A stretch of 51,155 nucleotides of DNA from Bigelowiella natans CCMP2755 (lineage: Eukaryota > Protista > Cercozoa): positions 1 through 51,155 of the forward strand of contig ADNK01001801.1 of the NCBI GenBank assembly GCA_000320545.1, read 5' to 3'. The translations under genes and the position numbers were made by a program. Numbering within the stretch: position 1 is the first letter of the stretch; every line of letters starts with the position of its first letter. The notes beneath the pieces were generated by a model that worked only from the letters and a program-made list of their open reading frames with translations, was not told where the DNA came from and did not search any database. Of this stretch, positions 1-13,200 are shown piece by piece.

Positions 1-2100
1 TGATTGGTGTGCGTGTGTGCGTATGTGTGTGCGCGCGCGTACATATGCGCGTGTTTGCGTCCATAAATATATGACACACACACACACACACACAAGTACA
101 CAAATATTGCATATAGCAAAATGTGCATTTAAACTTTGATTCACATAATCTTCAAAGATGCCATGCTTTGTTGTTCATCATAGCAACCATCATTAATATT
201 ATCATCCATCATCTTATCGAGAACTCAAGCAGATGACCTCCATGCCATTTCCATGCTGAACCCACGTCTTCGTTATCGTTATTCACGTTTCTATCATCAT
301 CATTATTATCATTATTATAATTATCATTATTATTATCATCAGCAGTGCTTGAAGAGGACGACGATGATGATAACAACGAGGAATCAGAGATTATGTCGTC
401 GCTATCATCCTGCGCATACGAGGAACCAATGAGCTCAACCTGAAATTTCCAAAAAAAATGAATACTTACTGTCTATCTGTCAGTGTGTGTGTGTGTGTGT
501 GTACTTATGTGTGCAATAGCAAGGATATTAACGAGTTGTTTTTAATCTCTTCTACCCCCCCCTCCCCCCCTTCCCCCTCATCTCTTTCTCCCAATCAACC
601 CTTTGATTCCTTGGATCCACACGCAAAACACGATTCGCGGTGTATGGTATGCAGTATATGCGCCCGTCTGCGCCCTCAATCCCGCCGTACCTTTACCAAA
701 AAAGTGGATAAGGAGGAAATTCAACGAAGTAAGCAAGGAGAGAGAAGCCCCTTAGTAATCGTCAATCATGCATACACCTTTCTTATATCACCATTCCTTT
801 TGACACTAGTGATGACGACGATAGAAGTAGCGGATGTACCATTTGTTCTGGCCATCAAACGAGGGCCCTATGAGCGATATCTCAAGACTTCTTGGGTCGA
901 TTTTCAGGACCTTATCGGCATTTGAAGGAACTCCTGGAGGAGAGCGAGCACGCATGTTATCATTATGATCACAGTGTGAAATTGCAGCAGAACAACACTC
1001 TTGTACTGAATGACACACGCCGCGCTGAGCTTTCTTTCAAAAGCACAGATATTGGCCAACAACTAGCACCAACCACAGAACGAACATTTTGTGCATCAGT
1101 AGTTCCAGTAACAGTAGTAGTAATATTAGTAGTAGTAGTGGTAGGGTGTATGAGTAGCTCAGACCGTAAATATTGCCGTCAACGCCCAAACAGCCTCCAT
1201 GCCACTGCCATGTTCCTTTCGTCTGCCTCTTTTTCCCCTCACCAAAGCTCGGAAGGACGACGCTCGGTGATGATTCTATTGTGGTAATTTCACGATCTAT
1301 CGGGTCGATCTGGATCACTGAGTCCGCCCAGCAAGGCACGCCATCTAATACCACGACGGCACTCACTTTTTATTGATGATAATAATGATGGTGATAAATA
1401 TGGTGATTATGGCTATCATAAAGATGGCTAGAGGATGCTATGTAGTACGTGGTCCACACACGCGGCCGTGCGCTCTCACTCGCATGGCCTCTTACTCCAT
1501 GCAGGCGCGCTATGTGTGTCTCTCTATGTCTAAATGTTGTTTGGAAAGTACAGATTTTCATATTTTCCGCCACAACTCCTCGGAGCCACTGAAATCGCTT
1601 CTTTCTAGGAAGTTTTCCGAACATTCCTACCCGGCAACCACCCTTTAATATTACAATATGTCAAAGGGCCACAACACGGTAACATCGGTGAAGATCGAGC
1701 TTCGAAATAGCACGCGTATGAATGATGATTGGACAATTGAAACTATTCCTATTAGAAACCGATATAGCTGACGAATTTATTTGGACGATATGTGAAATGC
1801 TCGCTCTTTTCTTATCTGTCATTTAGCTGTCAGTCGGGCATTTATGTCACCGGGACTCGAGCACGTTCTTCGGGCGTTATACAGGGATCCACAGTTAGGA
1901 CAGACGTCGCATGAGAAGGAATGCCTATTATAGTCGATCCAAACGCGGAGGCGCCGAGCCATTTGTTCCTGCCGGGAATGGGGTCTCCAACTATCGTCTT
2001 GATCGAAGTTCCGTGTGGCGGAGCTTGTTTTGGCCTTGGAGCAGATGGGTGGGGTTGCAAGCTACACCGCAACACTCTCTTCTCCTAATAGAGACATTGT
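1..2100 (-). CDS. Multi-exon beta-propeller repeat protein (KWxGG..DG.IYGIP.NA..VL.IDP repeat type); 3' end runs off the window start
   Basis: Repeated blades in separate minus-strand exons: NKWLGASAFGSTIIGIPSHATSVLTVDP (~1885-1970), RFQWLRGVV (~1570-1600), TWQWHGGCLGVDGNIYGL (~1160-1215), PSNADKVLKIDP...QNKWY (~835-930), AWKWHGGHL (~230-260). Exons are separated by microsatellite-rich introns. Exact start codon not resolved. Confidence 0.65.
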
Positions 2101-3329
2101 CGTCATTATACGTCGGTGATTGTGTTGGAAAGAATGGCAAGCGATGAGGCAACATCGTAACAACCAACGTCAGGCAAGTCTAAAGTATGATTTACAGCCT
2201 CAATGAGTGAGAGAAAGATATCCTTCAAAGTGCTCAGTTGATGTACCATGTCCCTCTCCATTTCGGGCCCCCATTTTTTGGTTGATAGCCAGAAGATGCC
2301 CACCACCAGTGTCGCCAAGTAGCAGAAGTAGTTGCGGTTGAAGTGGGATGTTGACCGCCTCAATGGCCGCAAAAGCATAGATGCCAGCGAGGCGCGATCA
2401 GGTTTTGCTTCTGCACACCGAGAACGGGGGGGGCACTACGGTTTTGGCGTTTTATAGGCACGATTCACGCCCTCTCTAATATGATGCTGTGCTAGCTGGC
2501 CGCCTGGCTGCAGAGTGAGCTTGGAGGTGCCGATGATGAGCGAAACACAGTAGGGTACTACCACTGCTACTACTACCATGTAATTTTGGACTGCGACAAG
2601 AATATAGTAAAGGAGAATCCAAGAATTGCCTTCAATTTCTGTTTAACTGTTTTTTTGGTTAAAAATACTCGTAGACAGCTACTTCGTGCTCCCACATTTC
2701 TCCTGGTGTGCGCTCATTTTGGTGATCTTGCAGATCGAGGAGGGCACGGATGAGTTAGCCTGTCCCATGACCCTTTCAGCTGTACCATTGAAATCGCTTC
2801 ATTCATTCATGCAAGGCCTGTTCCCCGCAGCTTGCACAAGCTGTAGTTGTTCGTGCGATGGAGTGCACATCCGATTTTGTTCGAAAATTGCAGATTTCCA
2901 GCCACATGGCTTGTCTTCGATCATCGGGAGCTGGCGGCAGCATTCAGGGCCGAGCAGCTATCATGCCCATTTCATGGTTGTGATTCGGTGTTGTGGCAAC
3001 ACAAACAATGCTGCAAGGTTGCAAAGTAAGCACGCTACACATTCGCATGCGATGCATGCCTGTCAATGAGGCACACACATGCTAGCATGTGGCTCAACTA
3101 ACCCAGTCTTCGAGAATGCAATGTGGCGCAATGCATGTCGTCGTGTCACGTGTGCACGACATGCTACGAATGGTGCCATGCATGGATAGACGAATCAGAA
3201 CTGCAAAATCCCCCAAAAACTGAAGTATTAGGAGATCATAATGTGTGATGCAAGTCACGCGTAATGGCCTTCGCAATTGGAATTAATGTACATCATGAAT
3301 GACTAGACAATGCTTTCCATTCCTTAAAG

Positions 3330-4931
3330 GTCATCTTTAATAAGGTCAACATAATTGTGGAACCGAGTTTTATGCATTGTCTAAGAGAGAGGATCTTGCT
3401 GTAGCCACCAGAAGTAGAAACAATAGCCTACGACACCATGATAGAGTCCCAAGGGGAACAAGTTGCATTGCTTCGGGTAGAACAAACTCCAGGGAAGCCC
3501 CAGCAAGAATGTGACTAGCATAAGCCCCTCGTGGGGGTAGTGCACCTAATAAGTATGAACCATTGTAACGAATTATCTGAGTCTACATTCATAATGAATG
3601 TGTCTGTGTCCATTGCATTGCACGTTTTTCTTTTCGAAGTATATGCTAACATTTCTGCTAAATTAGGTGTACCTGCCACTTTAAAAACAAGTTGGACCAC
3701 GAAGCATCATTGATAAAACATGCGTGAGGAGGTGGTAGGAATTACTGCTGAGAACATCGTCGCATCGCGTGATGATAGCTAAGGAATCTGAGAAAGAGAG
3801 GGATGCAAGGAATGCTATAAATCTTTGGCAGAGTCATTATCCTCGTGAAAAGATAGCCTGCCTTACCTAATTGTGCCATAGTATTTCGTTCATCTTGCAT
3901 GTGATCGCCAACTCCCTTTTCGTACCCTACATTTCCATCGAAAGTAGTCTCTGAAAACACCGGTCAATTTGCAGAAGTACCCACGTTTTCCATCTCTAAT
4001 TTTTCTTCGAGATCAAGGGAGGACTCCTCCTAAAGAGCTGTACGACGTTACAATATTTGGGGGAATCGGATTGGAAGAACAAGTAAATGAGAAGAGTCGT
4101 AGAGTGAAAGAATTGGAATTACGAAACCAAGCAAACAGTAAGAAAATGAAGTGTTTATTGGTAAGACCCCTCGTCAAGTGGCACCCCTCGCCAACACAGA
4201 TACGACGAGGGGGAGGGGGGGAGTTGAGATAGGGCTCAATGACTACCTAAAGGACGGTGGTTGTGTGAATTTGGGGATGCAATTAAGGCAGCGGGATCGA
4301 AGACAGTAGTATGGCGAGGTCCTGTTATCAAGAAACTCAGATTGCCTGTCCATATTGCCTGTGTAGAACATTGAATGCATGGAATAACATGAAATATTTG
4401 TTAATAGTAAATCAGTAAACTAATGTGGTGTATGTGTCATGCGCTATGCAAGTGCTGGCTTTATGTTTATCAAGATCAGAACGAGAAATTGTTGCACGAT
4501 GCCCCAGAATGGATACAACAAGTCAAATAAGATTCCCCGTTAGTCTTACTTTCCTGAGAAGAAATAGCACGTCACTGATGCAGAAAGAACTAACATTTCC
4601 ACTGAGAAGTCGTTGATTCCACTACGCCTATCATTGCACCGTGGCCGATCGTCTACCATATTCACGTTATCATGTCGAAAACAATATGGACATAATGATC
4701 GATGCCAATGATGTGCTAATTCTGTAGTGTGATCTATGATTGCCTTCCCGTCGCAAAGCAGAGAATGGCTGTCAAGATTAGGGAGGCAAAGGAGAAGATG
4801 CTCAGATCAGAGAAAGTTGGATTGGCAGAGACAGCATTATTTACCTTCCACAAAAACAGGGCGGCGGTTGAAGCTGCGAGGAACATCTCGATCACCTGTC
4901 TCGTGGTTCGAATGGCGAACCGTCGCGCCAT
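3330..4931 (-). CDS. Probable multi-exon membrane protein of unknown function
   Basis: ATG at 4931 is followed by two hydrophobic stretches (MFLAASTAALFLW; LSIFSFASLILTAILCFATG). Further coding-looking minus-strand segments at 3742-3960, 3515-3700 and ~3400-3515. Divergent from the acyltransferase gene. No recognisable motif; boundaries approximate. Confidence 0.3.
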
Positions 4932-5122
4932 GCTCCTTCAGCCTCACTACGAGTACTTCCTCCAAGTGTTCATACTCGTACTCCTTTCGGAAGGGAGGAA
5001 CGTGACGCTCATAACAAGCGATCGATTAGGTGAAAACAAAGCCGATTTTTATTTCATTTTTTAAAAATTAAAATTTCGGCCCATTTTTGCCTTCAGATAT
5101 TTCCCCCCAGCACTTCCGATCG

Positions 5123-5305
5123 ATGTCGCCCACGTCTGGGGAGGAGGTCGTTGCTATGGCCGCCTCCACGGGCCAGGATGGCCAAAATCGGGGCAGGGAG
5201 CTCGAGGCAAAGGATTCCAAGGGCAGTGGTTCGAAAGCAGCGATTTCGCTTAAGACGCTGGAGAAAATGGTCGATTAATTTACGTGCACAGTGGCTATTG
5301 TCGTA

Positions 5306-5344
<39 letters not shown>

Positions 5345-6095
5345 TTGCGTGTGTGTGTGACGATTCATCCATGCATATACGGAGTAGCATCCGCTTTTCT
5401 TCTTATTTCATTCTTATAATGTATCGAATCTTTGCTGCATCTTAGGTCGACGCGGCGATGGCCAAAGACCCTGAGTTCGAAGAGACGAAGAAGTTGAAGG
5501 CCGCGGTCCTGCTTAAATTAAATTTTAGTTACTTGTTGTTGCTGCTAATTCCCTGGTTCATATGAATCATACATGTCAAGATCATGATGATCAATGAATA
5601 AATCTGCAGGTCTACTTCGAGCTGGAGTCGTATCATATGCGGTACGTGTCGCAGCCTGATGTGGCCGAATACTGCACAAAGCGACGGCGACTACTAAGGG
5701 ACGCGAAGAAGGATAAATCGAAAAAGGCTGCAGTTGACATATTAGACAGGTATGGTTTGCAAGTTTAGTATATGCGAGTGTGTGGATGAACATATCTGCG
5801 ACCAACCTTAGATCAAACGCATCTCTGCATGCTTCCATCGAGAAAGTAAACCATCTGCGACAACGCCTTGCCCTTCGGCCTCCAGAGCACACTTTCCTCG
5901 ATGTCCTCGTGGCAATTTTACGCAATATCGCAATGTTTACCTGGATCACTTGCGCGGTCCCTCTTTGCTTCGCAGTGGCGCTCCTCCGGTGATTCACGCT
6001 GCTGTTGTTCCTGTGTGCGTGCGTGTAATCAGTTTTCCATTGAAATCTCTGTCTATGATTCGAGTCTTTGGTCGCCCAAATTCTTACTTACGCGC

Positions 6096-6138
<43 letters not shown>

Positions 6139-6333
6139 TATATATAATATTTTTATATATTAATGCGAGTTTGTGTTTGGGGGGTGGTTTCTTAAGAGTT
6201 GTCATTGACGGATGGTTGAATCTGCCAGTGTGCTGCACCCTCCTCTTCGGAAGCTTGGAGTAAAAAACGGACAGCTTCCCCTCGATTTGGTGAGAATAAA
6301 TCAGCAAAACAAATATATGTTTCTTGCTTAAAA

Positions 6334-6372
<39 letters not shown>

Positions 6373-6596
6373 TTTTGTCCTGTGCGCGGTGCTTATTTGT
6401 GTGATTGCTTGTGTGTGTGTGTGTGTTATAGTTTCAAATGTATCTGGCGCACACGATTTTGGCTATTTTAGGAGTAACTGTGCGTTATAAAGGTCGACGT
6501 AGTTTTACATGCATTGTTGTGATTCTGTTAGACGATCAATCCGCTTTATACGATGCGGTGTTTTTCCTTCCTAGCGTGTGTTTGTATGTGTGTGTA

Positions 6597-6654
<58 letters not shown>

Positions 6655-7062
6655 TTGGACCTATTTGAGGGTAGAGCATGAAGTATGTGTATGTTGTATG
6701 TTTTGTTTCCTTAGGACTGAGTCGCATTACCAAGTTTACTGACGGAAACGTAAGTCTGCCACCGACAGGATACTTTCTAAACACGCAATATGACTTTAAT
6801 CTTCTTCCGAAATCCGTGTTCTGTGCGCAACTTATATCGTTGAATTTGTGTGTGTGTGTGTGTGTCCCAATCTCATCATCGTTATGACCAAACTATTACT
6901 AAATTATTATCAAATAATCATCGTCGTTCTTCATATAGTCTTTCACTATCATATTAATTTATAATTTATCATTATCAATTAGGGTACCATAGGGATGTTC
7001 TCCCACTCTAGTAATCTCGACCCTTTTGTCGTCACAGCAGGTAGCAGAACCAGCAGCAGCAC

Positions 7063-7100
<38 letters not shown>

Positions 7101-7830
7101 CGACGAGAGGGGGCACAATGCTCAGCGTGCTCGAAGGACAAATCATCGTGTCATCATCGTCATCGTCGTCTTTCAACATCTTCACCCGATGGTGCACATG
7201 CCAGGGCCGCTTGCTTTTAAATGGGTGGGGAAACGACAGCTGTTTCTCGTGCCGGTTTTCGGATGGATTATGAGCTTGTACGGTACGGATCTACAACAAG
7301 AAAGACTACATCATCCTCAATGAATTTCTATAGTTACGACATATGCGTATGCCGATCATTGTCAGGCCATATCGCCATAGATCGAAAGAATCTTCAAAGT
7401 GCCAAAGACGCCATTAATAACTTAGTTGCCGGCAAGATAAAGAGATGGAAGTAGTACATTCGAAATTAGCAAGAACAACAACTACGATAACAATAATAAT
7501 AATGACAATAATAGTAATAATAAACACATGAAGAGAAAATATTCCGGTAAGTTAATTAGACATATTCTAAGCTGTCTCTAACGGTGTCTAAAGCACCACT
7601 TGATTCTTGGCCATAGCGCACGCATGCATAGACAATAAAGATATTGCTCCATTGCAGAAGGAAGTCTGTCATATATACTGTTTTGGTGCTTCGCGAATAA
7701 TCGAAGGAAACTTATCATATTTATTTGACAGCCGTTCGATAGCAATCTCACCGGAAGGGACACGATCACGTTCAGGACGATTGACTGACTTTAAGAAAGG
7801 TTATTAGCAACAATACCCCCCCCTATCTTA

Positions 7831-7873
<43 letters not shown>

Positions 7874-8091
7874 GCGACACATAAAGCATTAATAGATCTG
7901 GGAAGCGCACACTCACACAGATGTCCGGCTAAATTATATAGATGTATAAATAACATATTCACGTGTATGTGTGTGTGTGTGTGTGGTATACTCTAATTAC
8001 ATGGGTACGTAGGACCTTTCCACCTGGCTCATAATGCCCAGATGCCAGTGACTCCCATATATATCGAGGGTGTGTACATGTGTGCATATAT

Positions 8092-8141
<50 letters not shown>

Positions 8142-9113
8142 TGTGTGTGTGTGTGTGTGTGCGTGTGAGTGCGTGTGAGTGAGGAAATTTAATGCGATTA
8201 TGACATTGTAAGACGTCAGTGAGACATCGTGACTAGACATCCTATCTTCGGTGTTACGAATCCTCCACCATCATCATTACCACTTAATAGCTTAGAACGG
8301 ACGCAGTTGCAAAACGTAAAAGAATACCGTCGTTAATATGTGCAGGGGCATGGGCGCTAAATCCTCCAGGGTCAAAGATCATCTACCCAGGAAACGTCTT
8401 GTTAGAGTTTCTGCCGACGATAGAAGTGGGGGTGGGTGCATGCCTAGTAGTTGTCACTAAGAATTCTTCGAGGATTAATACCAAATGAGGGAAAGTAGTG
8501 ATGGTAGTTGTTGACCTGCTTTTCGCCCTTTCTTCCTCCTTAGAAAAGCGATGGTATAGAGGATCTCTCAAGACAGGTACGAGAGGTAATGCTGGCAAGA
8601 ACGAAGCCACAGGTGCGTGTCATCATCATTATCATCATCGTTATCATCATTCTCGTATCGGATGCGCTAGATTTCCCCCCCTGACGTCGTACGAAACTCT
8701 TCGAATTGTCAAATAATGGGGGGTGCGGTGAGCAATACTGGCGCGTTGCCTTGTGAGACCAAGTCATCGTAGGAATTGTTTATCTGCCGCTATAATTCCA
8801 AGTATCTTTTGTGATGCCATGCCATGCCAGGAGAGCACGAACTCTCCCTCAAACTCCAACCACTACTCACGCAAGGAATTGGCCGCGGATGGCGAAGACG
8901 ATAGCAACAAGCAAGAGGAAGGAGAATTCACACGGCCAGCAAACATGGTGGGTCGAGCGCATGCTGGAAAAATAAAGGCATAAATTAAAAATACGCTTCT
9001 CCTTTTCATTCAATTGCCCCCTCTTGGTGTTAAGTAAAGAGAGGAAATGATATTACGACGCTTTCCAGTTGACTAATTCACGTCTTTTGGAGACTGCTTC
9101 TTATCTTCGCTGA
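5123..9113 (+). CDS. 1-acyl-sn-glycerol-3-phosphate acyltransferase (PlsC/LPAAT family), multi-exon
   Basis: Motif I HxxxxD in GMFSHSSNLDPF (~6990-7025); FKWVGKRQLFLVPVFGWIM (7215-7275); GHIAIDRKN (~7365-7392); motif III ISPEGTRSRSGRLTDFKKG (7745-7800); GPFHLA..MPVTPIYIEG (8013-8070). GT-AG borders are visible. ATG 5123; 3' end approximate. Confidence 0.85.
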
Positions 9114-9923
9114 ACTCTTTCTCATCCATTATTTCCAACTACTCCGTTCCGTGACATGCATCCTCCTCAAACCGAACTTATACGATAGGTGAAGCTAATG
9201 GCCGCGGCGCCGTTCATATTTTTGCTAATAATGTGGATGTTGCTTTATCTACTTCTCCGCTGGTAATTTGATAAGGATAATAGCTCTTCCAAAGAAAAGA
9301 AAATGTAGCCTTGATAATTTATGATGGGACAATGTATTTATGATCGCAAGCGAAGCGAACGAAGCAAATGTTACCTACTATATCTCGTAGATTCGTGATA
9401 CCACGTAACGTATTGTAGAGCGTATCTTTAATGCTACATATCTAGATGTGCGGTACTTTCTCCAGATGTCCAATTTATCATGCACTAAGTATTTAGAGTT
9501 TATATCAGACTAGCAAGGGAGCGTGATGATGTCCATCATAAGACATAGCGCAAACGCATACAAATAATCATATATCATACTTGCAATAGTGCAACCTATT
9601 TTTGGAAGATTCCATGTGACCAAATGATGGCGACAAAATGCTTACTCTGTCTAGTCTATGTCGTCAGATGCCTTTCGTGGACGTATACGACGCAAATCTC
9701 ATAAAAAATATGCGTGCGCAACGCCTGAACATAGCATGGAATGCAGCCTGCACACATGCCGTGATGCTTAGTAATTGCGAACTGGACGCACGTTCTTCAC
9801 CTTTTCTCAATCTCCTTTAGGCATAAAATGGCTTTAGTTTCATCCCCACGTAGCATGGTGACTAATTATTTGACATTGCTGAGCAAGCTCTTATTCAGAA
9901 TAACTTGATCCTAACAGCAAAAA

Positions 9924-10249
9924 TGTAGCGCGTACCACTACGCGGGCACAAGTCACGTGCGACAACAAAGGGGTTGTCGCGGATATAGAATATAGATAAC
10001 GTAGATATTAATACAGCATAGGCACGTGGGTTCCGGCGGGACTCATGGCAGCACACCGGAAGTGTGCTGCCCCACGTGCGGCGGCATTCGCGAAAGCTTC
10101 GCGAATGATTACGCAGTGCACGATTTAATAAAAATATAATCTTTAATAAAAATAAACACAACTCTTCAAAAGGAAGCAAACGTGCCTTTCCCCCCCCCTG
10201 CCTACTTGTGCACGTAGCGCCTCGGCCTGTGAACACCTTACGCGCAACA
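9924..10249 (+). repeat. 5' LTR of copy A
   Basis: TGTAGCG...GCAACA; same sequence at 15314-15639 and 28366-28691, inverted at 33511-33835. AT-rich TATA/polyA-like block at ~10124-10156. Confidence 0.97.
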
Positions 10250-10254
10250 ACCTT

Positions 10255-10272
10255 TGGCTTCCACACACGGGA
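10255..10272 (+). promoter_or_regulatory. Primer-binding-site-like sequence TGGCTTCCACACACGGGA
   Basis: Starts with TGG 5 nt downstream of the LTR, the usual PBS position. Cognate tRNA not identified. Confidence 0.55.
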
Positions 10273-10288
10273 AACGATTTGACTAACA

Positions 10289-13200
10289 ATGTCACAGCAG
10301 CTAGAAGAACAGCAGGACTTTGGCTCGCAGGCCGTGCAAGGGCACGAGCAGAAACAGGAAAGGAAGGGCGATACGGACGCTAAGGAAGGAGGAGGAACAC
10401 CTCCACAGGCACCGCCGGGACCAGCACCCGGGATTAAGAAAGCAGATGCAGCAGCAGAGGCACTGGAGAACTTCTACGAGGCGGACGACGAGGACGTGGC
10501 CGCCGAAAGCAAGAAGGTCGTAATGGCATTACGAGCCTTGCGACCCAGGGCGAGCAACTACGCCAAACTGAAAGTATCGATAGAATACAAGTATCAGACA
10601 CATGATGTTTGGGCAGCTATCATGCAGGACATCATGGATTACGAAGCAGACTTACCTCCAGAGTGGGCAGCTTTGTTTAGGAACGACGGGGGTCTGGGCG
10701 CCTCGCGGGGGACGACCCAGAGCACCGTCAAGCAGCAGCAGCCGGTACAGCGGAACACCCAGTTCATGTCTGTTAAAACAGCACCGGTTATGATAACGAA
10801 ATACAACGGGAAAAGAGGTGAGGCAAGGAGGTGGTGGAAGAACGCTAGGAGTATACTCTGCGACTTTACCCCTAACCCCACCGAAAACGACAAGCTCAAA
10901 TGGCTAGCTATAATAAAGCAAGCCATGGACCTTTACGAGACAGGCAGGACCCGGATCAGGCAGCTAGAGAAAATACACACTACAGTTAGTGGGCTACGAG
11001 ACGTTGAGGCGATAATGAAGGCTTTTGTAAATGAACAGGATGCTAACTCCCTACCCCAGGCTATTAGAAAATACAGAGCAATGATGCAGCATGAGAGAGA
11101 ACCTGTTAGAGACTTTGCCACGCGCTTCCAGGATATGATCGACGAACTACATGATTTTAATTACAACACAGGTGATGATCAGGCAAGGTTTGAAGAGTTC
11201 AAGTTAAAGATAAAGGAATCCACTTACGTTACGGAGAAAGGCTACACCACGATGGAGGCAGCAGTGCAGGCTATATCCCTACGCGAGCAGGAGCAGGACC
11301 GCAAGTTTACCAGCCCTAAGGTACCTGGCATAGGAAACATTAACGCTATTAAGCCGCAGCGAGACTGGTACAAGGACAGGGAAGGTAACCGACGTTGCGG
11401 ATACTGCTCACGTAAAGGGAAACACACCGCTAAAGACTGCAGAGACAGGAAAGAAGGACGACCCAGGATGACGATCAGGCAGCTCAACGAACACTACGAG
11501 AAGTTAAAGAGAAAGAAAGGCAGAGGACAAGGATATAACAACAGCAAATGGCAAGGCAGCAACAACGGGAAGAACAATAAATATAAGAACAAAAAGCAGA
11601 ACAGTATCAATGCTATACAGCAGCAGATAAACGGAATATTAGATCACCTTAAGCAGGCGCCGACGAAGACAGCAGTACCAGCAACGCAGGACCAAGACAA
11701 GCCCATGACCCTAGACGACATAAAGAACTTAGGAGTATGCAACATTAATGACGAAGACGCTAACAGGACTATCAAAGTTGCTATGACCAAGGTTAAAGTT
11801 AAAGACAGCTACGGAGACTACAAGAAACTACCTGCCCTTTGGGATAGTGGCAGCATGCCGAAGTCCTTCATAAGCCTAAGCACAGTAAGAAGGTTAGGAC
11901 TATTGGATCAAGTGACTAAGAAAGAACGTAAATATGCTCAAGCAGACGGAAGCTCTTCCATGAAGACCGTCGGTGAGCTAATGCTAAAGCTACAGATACC
12001 TGGCAGCGACGCGGAGACCCAAATCAAGACCCGAGTAGCCATGACTTTATCCATGGAACTACTCCTCGGACAGGATGCCCTAGAAAAATTAGGGGGGATC
12101 ATATCATTCTACAATCACAAGATATACTTTGCTAAGTTGCCAAAGAAGTCAGGCAGGACCATCAGCCAGAACATGATACGGCTTGACGAGTGGACCTCTG
12201 AGTCAAGCGTTAATGCGTTAGAGTTTATGGACCTAGCGGACAACAAGCTACCTACACCTACCGAGCTACGGAAGAAGAACCCCGGCAAGACCATCCGACA
12301 GATAACGGAGCTACTGGACAAGACCCCCCCAGCTGATGATTGGGATATCGACAAAGGCAAAAAGTACATTAATAAAATATTAAACGAGAAGTACTCTGAC
12401 ATCACCAAGCCGACGACGAAGCCCTCCAGCAAGCTTACCCCAGTAAAGATCGAGCTAAAGAAGGGATACGAAGAGTGCATCATCAATGACCCAGAACATA
12501 GGCGACCGGAAGCGGACTGGGAAAAGATAGAGTGGCAGATCAATGAATGGGCAAAGGAAGGGAAGATAGAGCCAAGCAACTCACCATGGAACGTGAGACA
12601 TGTGCTAGCTAAGAAACCTACTTACCCTTTCTTCCGCCTGGCGCACAACTTCATCCGCCACAACCGAGTAATAAAGAGGATCCAGACACCTACACCAAGG
12701 ATAGATGACGTTATTGAACACGTCATAGGATACAAATACTACTCTTCCCTAGATAAAAATGAATCATACATGCAGACACCCATCCACAAAACCTCCCGCC
12801 CCATTACCGCGTTCTCCAGCAGGCACAGGAAGTGGCACTTCGTCGTATTCCCTTACGGCCTAAGCATATCAGGGGATGCGTTCAGTAGTCAGAACTACAG
12901 GGCATACACACATGATGGGATGGCGTCTGTGTTGTGGGTGTTTGTGTTTGTGTATGTGGATGATGACATAATATGTACCAACACAGTCGTCGCTCAGATC
13001 TTCCTCCTGGAAAATATATTTATTAGGTTTGCACACTTCGGTTTTACTATTAGACTGCAGAAGTGTACATTCCTAGCTACAAGAATCAAGTGGTGTGGAT
13101 ATTACCTGGAGCAAGGCCGCATCACCCCAAACCCCGAGAAAGTAGCAGCACTACAGCAAGCCCCTAAACCTAAGAATGCAAAGGAGTTAAAGTCATTCTT

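Noticed and set aside
9895-10266. ~120-aa ORF recurring in each LTR
   Set aside because: It recurs only because the LTR is repeated; start and stop depend on the flanks.
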